Source of the DNA: Candidatus Iainarchaeum sp.
Lineage (GTDB): Archaea; Iainarchaeota; Iainarchaeia; Iainarchaeales; JAAZKV01
NCBI GenBank assembly: GCA_026397015.1
Contig: JAPLVR010000003.1
Location: 1-64,000, forward strand
Length of the DNA: 64,000 nt
Reading direction: 5' to 3'
Shown: positions 49,361 through 60,469 of the stretch, in pieces
Layout: each line of letters starts with the position of its first letter
How positions within the stretch are numbered: position 1 is the stretch's first letter
Made by a program: the position numbers and the translations under genes
Notes under the pieces: model-generated
What the model saw: only the letters and a program-made list of their open reading frames with translations
What the model was told of the DNA's origin: nothing
The model's database searches: none

Positions 49361-50961
49361 CTTACTACCTTGTAGATTTTAGCGCACCCTTGTTCAAAAA
49401 CCTTTTGGATCAATCCGGTTTCCTCAAGAAGCGGCAATTTTTCAGACAGCGAATCGCTGTAGCACGTCGACGCGACAAACAAAGCGCCCTTTGATTTGAG
49501 CTCCGTAGAAAGTTCACTCACGGAAAAATTTTCAGCCAAATCCAATTGAATAATTTCCTGCCCGCTGTAATAATTCAGTTCCCTTGCCTTTCCAACCGAA
49601 GCAATTTTGCTTATTTCAGGATGCGCATCCAAATATGTGAATAATGGCGCGTCTTTTTCTTGAACAGAATAATAAAAAAGCGCGCTCCCTGAAGTCAGAG
49701 CAAAAGAAAACAGAGAAAAAAGAATTAGCGAGGAAATCAAAATAAATTTCGTTCTGCCCTGCAAACGCAAAAAACCTGCGCCTAGCAGAATCCCGAAAAA
49801 AGGGAAGAACGGAACGAAATACCTTATGTACCAGTCGCCGCGTATTACGTGAACTACGGGGATGAGCCCGAGCAGCATCGAAAATATTATTACAAGAAAG
49901 AAAATTCGCAATGGGGCAATCGGCTTTGTTTTACGCAAAAATTCACCTATTCTTTTAGCCCCTGAAATAATTTCCAAAATAATTTGTCGCGTTGCAACAA
50001 AAAAAATCGGAAAAACCATCACTGCAAAAAGGGCCGCAATCAAAAATATTGGCAAAGCGGAAATCAGCGGAATTTTTGAAGCAGCCATGGAAGGGGGAAA
50101 ATCAAAAAAACTCAGATATGCCCTAAACAAAATTTCAGGATTAAAAGCATTCAGCAAATTTATCGAAGTTACTTTGTCAATCGGCAGATAACTTTCTGTT
50201 ACAGATGCAGAAGCACCTGAATTTAAATATGAAAAAATAAAAAAGCTGGCTGACAAAAGGATTGCAACAAAAAACAACACAATAAACAAAAGAAACTTTT
50301 TCGGGATTATTTCGCGCTTGGAACCGCTCTTACACAGGAAATGCGCCGGACCGTACTTCCAAAACAGAACAATTAATACTCCTACAAGCATCGCCGGCAG
50401 CGCAACGGCGATTGTGAGTTTTGAAAAAGAAACAAGGAGCAACGCGAAAAAAGTTAGTGCCAAGTATTTAATTTCAGAAGACTTATTTGTTGATTCAACC
50501 CATGAATAAAAAGAATAGACAAAAAAAAGCAAAACAGTTGCGGCGAAAGACTCAACCATATTGACAGAACCGATTCTGGTCAGCCATGGATATGCCAAGA
50601 CAAACAATAACGGAATCTGGTATGTCTTCGGAAAAATTTTTTTGAAAAGCAGAAAAGCAAGGGCTGCTTGGACAATCATTACCAGAAGCGGAATGACTTT
50701 TACGAACGGCCAAACCATTGGAAGGCCTGTGAGGCCAAAAAAAGCGGCAAGTACGAAATGATAAAGGAGCGGTGGTGCATTGGATGGAAGGGGATTCCCC
50801 TCAATCAAATCTTTTGCCAAATTCAAGTGATAAACAGAATCATTGTACGCCGGCTCCGGCACAACAAAAATTGAAAAAATTCTGCAAAACAATGCGATTA
50901 AAATAAGCAAAAAAAGGATTTTTTCCGAGTTTTGAACCAAAACCCTTGATATGCGAAGCAT
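49357..50961 (-). CDS. GT-C (ArnT/PMT-like) membrane glycosyltransferase
   Basis: NDSVYH, PPLLYH, RYF; multi-TM plus C-terminal soluble domain. Confidence 0.7.
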   Translation of the reverse strand: MLRISRVLVQNSEKILFLLILIALFCRIFSIFVVPEPAYNDSVYHLNLAKDLIEGNPLPSNAPPLLYHFVLAAFFGLTGLPMVWPFVKVIPLLVMIVQAALAFLLFKKIFPKTYQIPLLFVLAYPWLTRIGSVNMVESFAATVLLFFVYSFYSWVESTNKSSEIKYLALTFFALLLVSFSKLTIAVALPAMLVGVLIVLFWKYGPAHFLCKSGSKREIIPKKFLLFIVLFFVAILLSASFFIFSYLNSGASASVTESYLPIDKVTSINLLNAFNPEILFRAYLSFFDFPPSMAASKIPLISALPIFLIAALFAVMVFPIFFVATRQIILEIISGAKRIGEFLRKTKPIAPLRIFFLVIIFSMLLGLIPVVHVIRGDWYIRYFVPFFPFFGILLGAGFLRLQGRTKFILISSLILFSLFSFALTSGSALFYYSVQEKDAPLFTYLDAHPEISKIASVGKARELNYYSGQEIIQLDLAENFSVSELSTELKSKGALFVASTCYSDSLSEKLPLLEETGLIQKVFEQGCAKIYKVVR

Positions 50962-51038
50962 AAAGCATTTATATAATTGAAGCTTTTAATAGTTATTGAT
51001 ACAAACGCAAAAGCCGTTTGAAACCTCGGGTGAAATTG

Positions 51039-52013
51039 ATGCAAAAAATAAACTGCCTTGTCGTAATGGTGCCGTGCTACAACGAGGAAAAAACAATCGG
51101 AACGCTGATTAAACTTGTTCCAAAAAGAATTCAAGGCGTTGGAAAAATAAAAATATTGATAATTAATGACGGAAGTTCAGACGGAACTGTTGAAGAGGCA
51201 AAAAAAGCCGGCGCAACCAAAGTTCATTCGCATTACCCAAACAGGGGATTGGGAATAACTTTCAGGGAAGGAATCTGGGAAGCACTGAAAATGGGCGCTG
51301 ATGTTGTTGTGAACATTGACGCGGATTTGCAATTCAATCCGAAAGATATTCCCGCGCTCATAAAGCCGATTCAAGAAGGAAAGGCAGAGGTTGCAACATG
51401 CACAAGATTTGGAAAAGAAGAATTTGCTCCGAAAATGCCCTTCATGAAAAAAATAGGAAATAGCTTTTTTACAAAAACGGTTTCAATTATTTTAAAACAA
51501 AAATTCACCGATACACAATGCGGCTTCAGGGCATACACAAAGGAAGCATGCCTGAGAATGAACCTGTTCGGAAAATTCACTTACACCCAAGAAGTATTTC
51601 TTGACCTCGTGAACAAGGGCATGAAAATTGTGGAGGTTCCGCTTAAAGTTAAAGGGGAAAGGGACGGAAAAAGCAGGATAGTGAAAAGCTGGTACTCCTA
51701 CGGAATAAGATCTATGCTTATTATTGTAAGGTCAATAAGAGATAACTACCCGCTAAAATTTTTCGGAAGCATCGGCACAATTGTTTTCTTGTCAGGTTTC
51801 CTGCCCGGCGCATGGCTTTTTGCAAGATGGGTTCTCATTGGAAAAACCTCGCCGTATCAATCGCTCATATTGGTTTCCGCGACGCTTATGATTTTAGGTT
51901 TCCTCCTTTTGATTCTGGCGCTGTTGGCAGATTTGCAGGACAGGCAGAGAAAAATGATGGAGGAAATAATTTACAACCAGAAAAAAGAGATTTTAGAAAA
52001 ACAAGCAAAATAA
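51039..52013 (+). CDS. GT2 polyprenol-phosphate glycosyltransferase (DPM/AglJ-like)
   Basis: DGSSD, IDADLQ, DTQCGFRA; two C-terminal TMs. Confidence 0.9.
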   Translation: MQKINCLVVMVPCYNEEKTIGTLIKLVPKRIQGVGKIKILIINDGSSDGTVEEAKKAGATKVHSHYPNRGLGITFREGIWEALKMGADVVVNIDADLQFNPKDIPALIKPIQEGKAEVATCTRFGKEEFAPKMPFMKKIGNSFFTKTVSIILKQKFTDTQCGFRAYTKEACLRMNLFGKFTYTQEVFLDLVNKGMKIVEVPLKVKGERDGKSRIVKSWYSYGIRSMLIIVRSIRDNYPLKFFGSIGTIVFLSGFLPGAWLFARWVLIGKTSPYQSLILVSATLMILGFLLLILALLADLQDRQRKMMEEIIYNQKKEILEKQAK

Positions 52014-52037
52014 AAATCAAAAATAAAAGGTAACCAG

Positions 52038-53195
52038 ATGAAAATTCTTGTTTTGACAACTTCGTTTCCAAGATGGAGGGGCGACTGGGCGGGCAGCTTC
52101 GTTCTCGACCTTGCAAAGAGCCTGTCAAAAAGAAATGATGTTACCGTTTTAACTCCCAATTTTCCGGGTGGCAAAAAAAACGAAAAGATCGGAAAAATTG
52201 CAGTCAAGAGATTTGATTATTTCTTTCCAAAAGGAATACAAAAAGTAATCTACCCAGATGGTTTGCCAAATCAAGTTAAAAAGAGCATCCTCGCAAAAAT
52301 AGAACTGCCTTTTTTCTTCCTTGCATTCATCATCCATGCAATAAAAGAAACAAAAAACTCGGATTTTCTACTTTGCAACTGGTCCCTGACAGGAATGGCC
52401 GCTGAAAACGCGAAACATTTCACCGGAAAAAAATTCGGAGTAATTTTGAGAGGCATCGATATGAAAATTATTGAAGGAAAGGGCATGCTTTCGGAACTGT
52501 TCATAAATAACCTGAAAAAATCCAACGCCGTTTTTGTTGTCACCACCGAATTTCTTAATCCTCTAAAAAAATTAGGGGTGAGAAATGTTTTTTACGCACC
52601 GAACGGAATTGAAAAGGAAATTTTTGACATCCCAAAAAAGAAGGCAAAAAAAGAGCTTGGATTCGGAAAAGAAAAAATAATCCTCTTTGTAGGAAGCCTG
52701 ATTGAAAGGAAGGGCGTGAAATATCTTATCGAGGCAATGCAGGGAATCAACGCAAAACTGATTATAGTGGGGGAGGGTGAAGAGAGAGAAATACTTGAAA
52801 AGCTTGCAAAAAAAGAAAATGTGAACGCTGCCTTTTTTGGGCGGATTGAAAAGGAAAAAATTCCTTTGTGGTTTTCCGCATGCGATATTTTTGTGCTCCC
52901 CTCGCTTTACGAGGGCAGGCCGAATGCGCTTCTTGAAGCGCTTGCCTCAGGCAAGGCATGCATTGCCACCGAAATAAACGGGGCAAAAGAGCTTGTGAGA
53001 AACGGCCACAACGGCATTCTGGTACAGCCAAAAAATTCCAAAGAAATAAACCAAAAAATAAAACTTTTATTAAAAAACAAAAAATTGCGCGCTAAATTTG
53101 AAAAAAATGCGAAGGACAGCGTTAGAAAAAACATTTTAACGTGGGATGAATCTGCAAAAAGATACGAAAGACTGATTGGACAAATCATTCAATAA
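52038..53195 (+). CDS. GT4 glycosyltransferase
   Basis: TTSFPR, FVGSL..RKG, EGRPNALLEA. Confidence 0.93.
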   Translation: MKILVLTTSFPRWRGDWAGSFVLDLAKSLSKRNDVTVLTPNFPGGKKNEKIGKIAVKRFDYFFPKGIQKVIYPDGLPNQVKKSILAKIELPFFFLAFIIHAIKETKNSDFLLCNWSLTGMAAENAKHFTGKKFGVILRGIDMKIIEGKGMLSELFINNLKKSNAVFVVTTEFLNPLKKLGVRNVFYAPNGIEKEIFDIPKKKAKKELGFGKEKIILFVGSLIERKGVKYLIEAMQGINAKLIIVGEGEEREILEKLAKKENVNAAFFGRIEKEKIPLWFSACDIFVLPSLYEGRPNALLEALASGKACIATEINGAKELVRNGHNGILVQPKNSKEINQKIKLLLKNKKLRAKFEKNAKDSVRKNILTWDESAKRYERLIGQIIQ

Positions 53196-53228
53196 AAAAG
53201 AACAAAAAAGTTGCCACCTATCAAAAAG

Positions 53229-54524
53229 TTATACAATTTTTTTTAATTTTGCAATAAACACATTTTTTTGGCAGAACCTTGAAGGAAATCCTTTCGATTC
53301 AAATTTTTCAAAAAAATTTAAGAAATGCAATTTTTTAAGAACACGCCAAATGGTAGAAAACCCTTTTGGAACCCTTACGTACTCAAATGAATCAAATGAC
53401 GGAAACAGGGAAAATCCTTTCTCGCCAACAATATCGTAACCTGCTTTTTTAAAAATTTCAATCACCTGCGCTCTGCTTCTTGGAATTTCCGGGCCGAATC
53501 TTCTGCCAAAGCCATTTCTAAAAATAACCCCAATCATAGAAAGAGAATTCAAATTAGACAAACAAATTTTCCCATTTTTTCCAAGTGCCTTCTTGAGCTG
53601 CAACAAAATTTCAAGAACACGTTCTTTTGGAAGTCTGTTTAATGTATTTGGAAGAAAAATGGAATCAAAACCAGGCTGCCCGAAAGCACCTAAATCACCA
53701 CTCAAAATCTTAACATTTTTCAGACCAAGTGAATGACGCCTTTTTTCAAACCATCTTTTCAGCCCTTCTGAATAAACAACGCAAAAAAAATCTTTCTGCC
53801 TGTTTGCCGAAGCAATGGCAAAAGGAATATTGCCGTCAATATCATAAACGAAAAGATTTTTCGCCCCAAGAAGAGTTTCAAAAAAATGCAGTTCGTTTTT
53901 GAACTCGTATAAGAAAAGCGGCTTGTAACCAATCTCAGGGGATTTTGCAAAAACCGCCTTCTCCGAAAATTTTGCTATTTCCTCAAATTGCCAATCATCA
54001 GGGTTTTTGCTGGAACTTGAGGACAAAAAAAAATTATTGTAAACCGAATCATTAAGCACAGGTTTTGATGGTTTCAACGGCTTCTCAAATGGAAAGCCGA
54101 AGCCGACACAGGAAACAATCGAAAAGTTTGCAGGAATTTTTAACAATTCGGCAATTTTTTTTCCGTCACCGAAACTGTTTATCCACCACGACCCGATGCC
54201 GATTGAATGCGCATAGAGAAGCATGTTTTCTATTGCAGCCGAAGCGCTCTGAAAATTTGCATAGTTTCTGCTGTTGAAGCAATTGTCACACACAACAAAA
54301 ACCGGCGAAGGAATTTTTTGAATAGACACAAACCCGGCTTCCTTACAAATTTTTTCTTTTAACGCCAAATCAGAGATTACTATGAATTTTGTGAGCGGCT
54401 GATTGCAGGCGGAAGGCGCTTGAAGCCCCGCTTCGATTATCCTCAAAATAGTTTGTTCAGGCACTTCTTTCTGCTTAAACCGTCTAACCGTTCGGCGTTC
54501 CCATATGACTTCTTTAACATCCAT
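53229..54524 (-). CDS. nitroreductase-family flavoprotein fused to a degenerate methyltransferase-like domain
   Basis: RRTVRRF, APSACNQP, ENMLL...GIGS; C-terminal FDSIF...LGKNGKI. Confidence 0.8.
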   Translation of the reverse strand: MDVKEVIWERRTVRRFKQKEVPEQTILRIIEAGLQAPSACNQPLTKFIVISDLALKEKICKEAGFVSIQKIPSPVFVVCDNCFNSRNYANFQSASAAIENMLLYAHSIGIGSWWINSFGDGKKIAELLKIPANFSIVSCVGFGFPFEKPLKPSKPVLNDSVYNNFFLSSSSSKNPDDWQFEEIAKFSEKAVFAKSPEIGYKPLFLYEFKNELHFFETLLGAKNLFVYDIDGNIPFAIASANRQKDFFCVVYSEGLKRWFEKRRHSLGLKNVKILSGDLGAFGQPGFDSIFLPNTLNRLPKERVLEILLQLKKALGKNGKICLSNLNSLSMIGVIFRNGFGRRFGPEIPRSRAQVIEIFKKAGYDIVGEKGFSLFPSFDSFEYVRVPKGFSTIWRVLKKLHFLNFFEKFESKGFPSRFCQKNVFIAKLKKIV

Positions 54525-54569
54525 AAAAAAACCGTTCAATTTTATTTATCCTTTTTTACTCTCCTTTTT

Positions 54570-55967
54570 TTATCTGTCCCTCAATAATTCATTCATGAAA
54601 GGGCTATTTATTTTGTTGCCTTTTGCCATCTCTTCAATTGCAATAAAAACCTTTAGAAGAAGAAACAAAAATTTTGTTTCAACAACGAAATTCTCCGGTT
54701 TGCCCGTCTTGATATTATAATATTCAACAAATAAATTTTTGAATGAGTGCGCGCCCAATATGCCTTCCAAAATTTTGGCTGCGCCCCTTGCATATTTTTT
54801 GTTCCCTGAGAGTTCGGAAAGTTTCAACAGAACAACAAGAAAATCGGTCTGGGAATCGAGGCGCGAAATAAACTTTTTTTCCATTGAGGGATTAGAAATT
54901 TTCAGCGGAGAGGAGTATTCAAAAAAAATTTCTGGAATAAGCCCTGACTTATCCGCCTTGGAAAGCCATGCACTCGCAACCGACTCCGCAAGGTTAAGCG
55001 CCTCTTTTTTTCCTGTTACCTTATAAATTTCCAAAAGAGCGTCAATGACAGCGTGGTCGCCGCCCAAATAATGCACTTTCCAGTCGCCGGGCCAAAGCGC
55101 CCTGAAAACTCCTTCACCCATTAACATTTTTTGTTCAAGCGCATTAACCCACTTCTCAAAAACATTTTCAAGAAAATCGCTTTTTGAAGAATCATAAACC
55201 TTCACCAGCCCGAATATCAAATTTACATTGCTTTTGGTAAGCATAACACTGTCAATCGGCAGACCGGTTTCTTTCTTAAAAATCAAGCCAATAACGGGTT
55301 TTAAAATCCTTGAAGTAGAGGCAAACGAAAATAACCCATTTTCTTTGAAAAAACTGTTTTCAATCCAAGGTTCAGAACTTTTTTCTGCGAATTCAAAATA
55401 CTTTTTGTTTTTAGAATAATTTGAAAGATTAACTGCTTCTTCAATGTAGAGCCCGGTAAATTTTCCGTTAGAAACAGGCCACTTAATCCAATTCGATTTT
55501 TTGTAACAAATAAAATTATTACTAATCATTTCCGAAGAAAGCCCGTCGAAAAAATCTGCGCATGATTTCAAATAAAATTCGTCTTTGGTAAGTTGATACA
55601 TCAGGTTTAACCCTAAAGAGACGTCCGACATTTTGTCCGCATCAAAATAATTTTTTTTTGCCTCAAAATCGCGTTCGCCAAACTTTGTTAAAAATAATCC
55701 ATTGCCGGCTTGAAACTGACGAATTGAAATTTTTGAAGTGCTTTCAGCCCATTCGACAAAATCATTTCGCCCGCGTACTTTCCCCCAATACCAAACAAAA
55801 GGAAAACAATCCCCGAAATCGCTAACCGTCGGCTGCCCGAAATTTTTACCTGATTTTACATCAATGAAACAGCGCGGCACCTCGCCGCTTTCAAAGGATT
55901 CCAATAATGTTTCAAGCATTTTGTCCATTCTTTTTTCAAAAAAAAGAAGACGATTTTTGGCAAACAT
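54570..55967 (-). CDS. hypothetical protein, probable (alpha/alpha)6 glycosidase/epimerase-like fold
   Basis: Repeated LYxxTGxxxYL-type helical hairpins; inside the glycan cluster. Confidence 0.55.
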   Translation of the reverse strand: MFAKNRLLFFEKRMDKMLETLLESFESGEVPRCFIDVKSGKNFGQPTVSDFGDCFPFVWYWGKVRGRNDFVEWAESTSKISIRQFQAGNGLFLTKFGERDFEAKKNYFDADKMSDVSLGLNLMYQLTKDEFYLKSCADFFDGLSSEMISNNFICYKKSNWIKWPVSNGKFTGLYIEEAVNLSNYSKNKKYFEFAEKSSEPWIENSFFKENGLFSFASTSRILKPVIGLIFKKETGLPIDSVMLTKSNVNLIFGLVKVYDSSKSDFLENVFEKWVNALEQKMLMGEGVFRALWPGDWKVHYLGGDHAVIDALLEIYKVTGKKEALNLAESVASAWLSKADKSGLIPEIFFEYSSPLKISNPSMEKKFISRLDSQTDFLVVLLKLSELSGNKKYARGAAKILEGILGAHSFKNLFVEYYNIKTGKPENFVVETKFLFLLLKVFIAIEEMAKGNKINSPFMNELLRDR

Positions 55968-55996
55968 AATAGCATATTTTTAGGTGCCAAAACTAT

Positions 55997-57430
55997 TTAA
56001 TAGTGAATTATTCTGTTGAAATCGATTTCGCCGAACAAAAACAAAATGAGCACAAACCCGATTGAAAGGACAGCGCCCTTAATAACGAAGAGAATTCCTT
56101 GGAAAGGAAAGGCAGCTGAAATCAGAAAAACCACCGCGCCCGCGAATAAAATTTTTGTAAGAGTTTTGAAACTGAAAAATCCGCCGACCTTCGCACCGTA
56201 AAAAAACCCAAACAAAATGAATCCGAAGATTGAGGAAATTGCAGTGGCGGCGGCCGCCCCTTCAATCCCAAACAAAGGAATCAAAAATAAATTGAGAATC
56301 ACATCCAAAAGAAGCATCAAAAACATTATTCCAACAGAAAGCCCAAGTTTTTTTGCAGAGGTGGCGATAGAATTCAAAATCATGCACAGTGCAAAAAAAG
56401 CCATGCCCACCGAAAGAATTATCAGTGCGTTCGCCCCAATTGCATACCCTTGGTTAAATAAAAGCAATAATATTTCTTTTGGGGAAGAGGCGACAACTGA
56501 AATGCACAACACGAGAAACATGGTTGAATATTTCAGGGAGTTTCTCGAAATTTTCCCGATTGAATGAACATCTTTTTCGCTCGCTGCCGCCGAAACGAAA
56601 GGGAAAAGCAAAAACGGAATTGCAAGCACCACCATGTGAGGCAGTTTGGAAATCGTCTGCACAGCAACATAAATCCCTGAAAAATAATTATCCTTCAATA
56701 TTGCTTTTATGAGAAACAGATCAGCCGTTTCAAAAAGCTGAATAAATATTGCAATCATTATCAATGGGGCGGAATAGTAAATAACCTGTTTGAAAGAAAT
56801 ATTTGATTGCTGTTTTGAATCCCTGTTTTTAAAGACAAAAAAAATGGAGAGAAGCGCGGCAACAACGCTGGCGAGCACAAAGCCCGCAACCGAGCCAAAA
56901 ACTCCAAAGCCGACAACCGCCAACAAAAGAACAAGAACCGTTTTTGAAAAATTATAAACTATCTGAAGAATTGATTCTTCTTTGAATTTTTTCATCCCGT
57001 TCAGATAGCCCCAACCGAGGGCATAAAGCGCGCTGAAAGGAAACACAAAAGAAATCAGGCGTATGTAATGCGCAAATGAAGCGTCATTAAAAAAGGCAGC
57101 GACATTTTCCGCCCAAACAAAGAAAACAACAAATAAAAAAAGCGAAAAAGAGAATTGAACGAAAAAAACCTTCTTCACTACTGAAAAACGCCCTTTTTTC
57201 TCAACCGCTACGAAGTGGGAAAGCGTCTGCAAAAAAGAATTTTTGAATATTGTGGTGAAAACCGTTGCCAGCGAAATTATTATCCCGTAAACTCCGAATT
57301 CAGCCGGTGAAAAAAAATACTTTCCGAGAATTATGTAAACTAAAAAACCGGAAACAAAAAGAGCCAAATTTCCAAGGACAAGCCAAAAAAGCCCTTTTCG
57401 TATCTCCCGTAAATTAAATTCTTTCACCAT
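55997..57430 (-). CDS. Wzx/AglR-type flippase
   Basis: PAEFGVY, DLFLI, LIPLFGIEGAAAAT; ~14 TM. Confidence 0.9.
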   Translation of the reverse strand: MVKEFNLREIRKGLFWLVLGNLALFVSGFLVYIILGKYFFSPAEFGVYGIIISLATVFTTIFKNSFLQTLSHFVAVEKKGRFSVVKKVFFVQFSFSLFLFVVFFVWAENVAAFFNDASFAHYIRLISFVFPFSALYALGWGYLNGMKKFKEESILQIVYNFSKTVLVLLLAVVGFGVFGSVAGFVLASVVAALLSIFFVFKNRDSKQQSNISFKQVIYYSAPLIMIAIFIQLFETADLFLIKAILKDNYFSGIYVAVQTISKLPHMVVLAIPFLLFPFVSAAASEKDVHSIGKISRNSLKYSTMFLVLCISVVASSPKEILLLLFNQGYAIGANALIILSVGMAFFALCMILNSIATSAKKLGLSVGIMFLMLLLDVILNLFLIPLFGIEGAAAATAISSIFGFILFGFFYGAKVGGFFSFKTLTKILFAGAVVFLISAAFPFQGILFVIKGAVLSIGFVLILFLFGEIDFNRIIHY

Positions 57431-57587
57431 TCAAAAAAACCTTCAATTAATGCGCTTCAAAATCGAGCATATACTAATTTGTTTTTATCTCTTTAAAAAA
57501 GATTTGGTATAGTATAAAGTTCATAAGGCAATCAAAATCAGCGAAACATTAATTCAGGGAAAAAAATAAATTTGTTGCTTTGTTGAA

Positions 57588-59174
57588 GTGAGCGGTTTGA
57601 AGGACAAACAATCACAGTTGCCAAGAAAATTGTGGACCTGGCTGCCTGCAATGGCAATAATCTTTGCAGTCATTTTTATACTTCTGCAGCTGCAAAAACC
57701 CATAGCCGCGGACGAATTCTGGTATTTTGACAGTGCAAAATCTCTTCTACAAACAGGAAAGCCGCTTTTGCAATTCTGCTCAAACAGCGTGCCAGTTCTC
57801 TTTGAAGGCCATCCGCCGACATACATCTACTATCTCTCAATTTTTTTTGCACTCTTACCGGAACAGCTGATAAGATTTTCCGGAATTCCGGTCTTTCTGG
57901 CGCTCATATTTTTAACATACCTTGTCAGCCTGAAAGTCTTTTCGGAAAAAAGGAAAGCGATTTTTGTCACGGCACTTTATGCAATAAACCCGCTTGCAAT
58001 ACAGGGCGCGCTGCTGCTCGACATAGACAACACAATTCTTGCAATCGCAATAACTTTTTTCGTGCTTATTTTATTACACATTCAGGAGCAAAAAAATTTT
58101 AGGACAAGGATTGTTCTTGCCTCAGCGTGTTTCGCCTTAATTTTATGGGCAAAAACAACTGTGATTTTTATAATTTCAGTCGGGCTCGTTGCGTACGCAG
58201 TTCTTTTCGACAGGAAAAAAATAAAGGAAAATTTTGTGATGGCTCTCGGCGGGATAATTTTGTTTTGTGCAAGCTGGGCAGTATTTTGCGCCATCAGCGG
58301 AATTGAATTCTTAAGCGTTTTCGGATACATCGCAAGCACATTTGCAAGCAAATCAACATTGAGCGTCTCCGACAAAATTGTAACAATTTTATACTCAGGA
58401 TTAAAACAAAATATCCTGTGGATAACGATTCCGCTTTCGATTTTTTTCTTCTTGGGCGCAAAGAACACGAAAAACAAAAATCTGAAGCTTTTCGCGCTCG
58501 TGTCAATAATTGCTTTCATCCAGTACCTCCTTTCAATACCTTCAGGATACAGATTTCCAAAGTATATGGCGGCCTTTTTGCCGATGATAATAATTGTTGC
58601 GGGGGATGAAATAATAAAAATAGATTTCGAAAAGGCAAAAAAATTAATTCCAATTATTCTTTTTCCGGGCGCAGTATTTTTCGCGCTCCTAAGAGATCCT
58701 CTGGTGCACGTCAAAACATTTGCAGACGCCGTTTTTGTTGCCATAATAAACACACTTGCTGCCATGCCTGCGCTTTTTGTAAAAAGAAAAAAAGAGGTGC
58801 TGCTACTGCTTTACATCGGCACGTGTATCTATATAAACATTTTCCAATTGACCACTGACAGTTCAACGCTTTACAATTACAGCGAAAGGGGCCTTGTCGA
58901 CACAGCGCAATATTTGAAAGCTATGCTGCCAGCCGACTCAAACATATACACCTCCGGAAAAGAAATTGCATATTATTCCGGAACGAACAAGTATTGCTTC
59001 AAAACGCAAAACTTCACTGAGGAAATAGAGAAAAATTGCGTAAAAATGATTGTGTTGAAAAGGTATTGGGAGGAAAAAAATAATCCCGAGCTTGAGGAAA
59101 TTACAAAAAGCAATTTCTCGTTCCAAAAAGAATTCGGAGATTACAGCATTTATTCGACAAATGCGTGCAAATAA
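57588..59174 (+). CDS. GT-C (GT39/ArnT-like) membrane glycosyltransferase
   Basis: ADE, HPP, NPL, KY motifs; multi-TM. Confidence 0.8.
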   Translation: MSGLKDKQSQLPRKLWTWLPAMAIIFAVIFILLQLQKPIAADEFWYFDSAKSLLQTGKPLLQFCSNSVPVLFEGHPPTYIYYLSIFFALLPEQLIRFSGIPVFLALIFLTYLVSLKVFSEKRKAIFVTALYAINPLAIQGALLLDIDNTILAIAITFFVLILLHIQEQKNFRTRIVLASACFALILWAKTTVIFIISVGLVAYAVLFDRKKIKENFVMALGGIILFCASWAVFCAISGIEFLSVFGYIASTFASKSTLSVSDKIVTILYSGLKQNILWITIPLSIFFFLGAKNTKNKNLKLFALVSIIAFIQYLLSIPSGYRFPKYMAAFLPMIIIVAGDEIIKIDFEKAKKLIPIILFPGAVFFALLRDPLVHVKTFADAVFVAIINTLAAMPALFVKRKKEVLLLLYIGTCIYINIFQLTTDSSTLYNYSERGLVDTAQYLKAMLPADSNIYTSGKEIAYYSGTNKYCFKTQNFTEEIEKNCVKMIVLKRYWEEKNNPELEEITKSNFSFQKEFGDYSIYSTNACK

Positions 59175-59603
59175 ATGGTGAATTTTATGAGTGGAAGAAT
59201 GAGCAATTTCGCGGACAGAATTATTAAATGGAAATTTTTCAGATATTGCTTTTGCGGCGGAATAGCCGCGCTTGTGGACATGACGGTGTTTTTTTCTGCA
59301 AATGAAATTTTCAAGCTGCACTACCTAATAGCGCTTGCGATTTCATTCACCGTCGCAGCGGGTGTTAATTATTCCCTGCAAAGAAAGATAACTTTCAAAA
59401 ACACCTACAAAAAAATGCACAAACAATTCCCAGTATTCGTGGCAGTAGAATTAGTCGGGCTTCTGATCGCAGGGGTAAGCATGACGGCGCTTGTGGAAAT
59501 CTTCCGCCTCTGGCCGACATTGGCAAGGTTCATTTCAATATTTATCGCGCTGGCGTACAATTACACGGCAAATAAAAAAATAACTTTCAACATGATGAAA
59601 TAA
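59175..59603 (+). CDS. GtrA-family flippase
   Basis: FRYCFCGG..VD, NY.LQRKITF; 4 TM. Confidence 0.9.
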   Translation: MVNFMSGRMSNFADRIIKWKFFRYCFCGGIAALVDMTVFFSANEIFKLHYLIALAISFTVAAGVNYSLQRKITFKNTYKKMHKQFPVFVAVELVGLLIAGVSMTALVEIFRLWPTLARFISIFIALAYNYTANKKITFNMMK

Positions 59604-59647
59604 AAAAAGGCGGCAAAAGAATAAAATAAAAAAAAGGTGGCAACAAA

Positions 59648-60469
59648 GTGAAAAAATACAAAAATATAGAAGGAAGTTATTACGAGGAGGCGCACGGCGG
59701 CCGAAACGGGGTGCAGCAGTTTTTCTACAAATCAAGGGAAGATTATTTCATAGAATTCATGGGATTGAGAGGAAACGAGAAAATAGCGGACATTGGATGC
59801 GGATCTGGAACGTTTACACGCGCACTTGCAAAGAAATATCCAAATATAGAAATGACAGGAATTGACATATCGGAAGACGCAGTTACGTTCGCGAAAAAAA
59901 CCGCAAAATTTGAAAAAATCAAAAACGCGAATTTCACGCAAGGCGCTTTGGAAAAAATTCCGGCAAAAGACAATTCTTTTGATGCAATAATCGCATCCCA
60001 TGTAATTGAACACATCCCGAGCCCGAAAAAGGCATTAATTGAAATTAGAAAGAAGCTTCGCAGCGGCGGAACGCTTTATTTAACAACTCCAAATTACATC
60101 TCACTCTGGCCGCTCGCCGAACTTGTTTTTGACAAAGCAATGGCGAAAAAAGGTTATAGCCTGGATGAACAACACATCTCACGCTTTAATTTTTTGACGA
60201 TAAAAAAATCTGTTGAAGGGGCGGGGTTTGAAATTGAAAAAATCAAAACACTTTACATATTTTCTCTTGAAGGGGAAATTCTTTCGCAAACGCTCGGCAA
60301 GATTTTATTTTGGTTTGATAAAAAACTTGACTTTTTGCCTTTTGGAATGATAATTTACATCAAAGCAAAAAAAAAACCAGTGAAAAAATTTAATTCTAAT
60401 AAATTCAAATCAAATATTCGAAACTCAACTAAAAAATCTCAATCTCAAAATTCAGCCAAAAAATCTTAA
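59648..60469 (+). CDS. class I methyltransferase
   Basis: DIGCGSG, HVIEHI, TTPN. Confidence 0.88.
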   Translation: MKKYKNIEGSYYEEAHGGRNGVQQFFYKSREDYFIEFMGLRGNEKIADIGCGSGTFTRALAKKYPNIEMTGIDISEDAVTFAKKTAKFEKIKNANFTQGALEKIPAKDNSFDAIIASHVIEHIPSPKKALIEIRKKLRSGGTLYLTTPNYISLWPLAELVFDKAMAKKGYSLDEQHISRFNFLTIKKSVEGAGFEIEKIKTLYIFSLEGEILSQTLGKILFWFDKKLDFLPFGMIIYIKAKKKPVKKFNSNKFKSNIRNSTKKSQSQNSAKKS

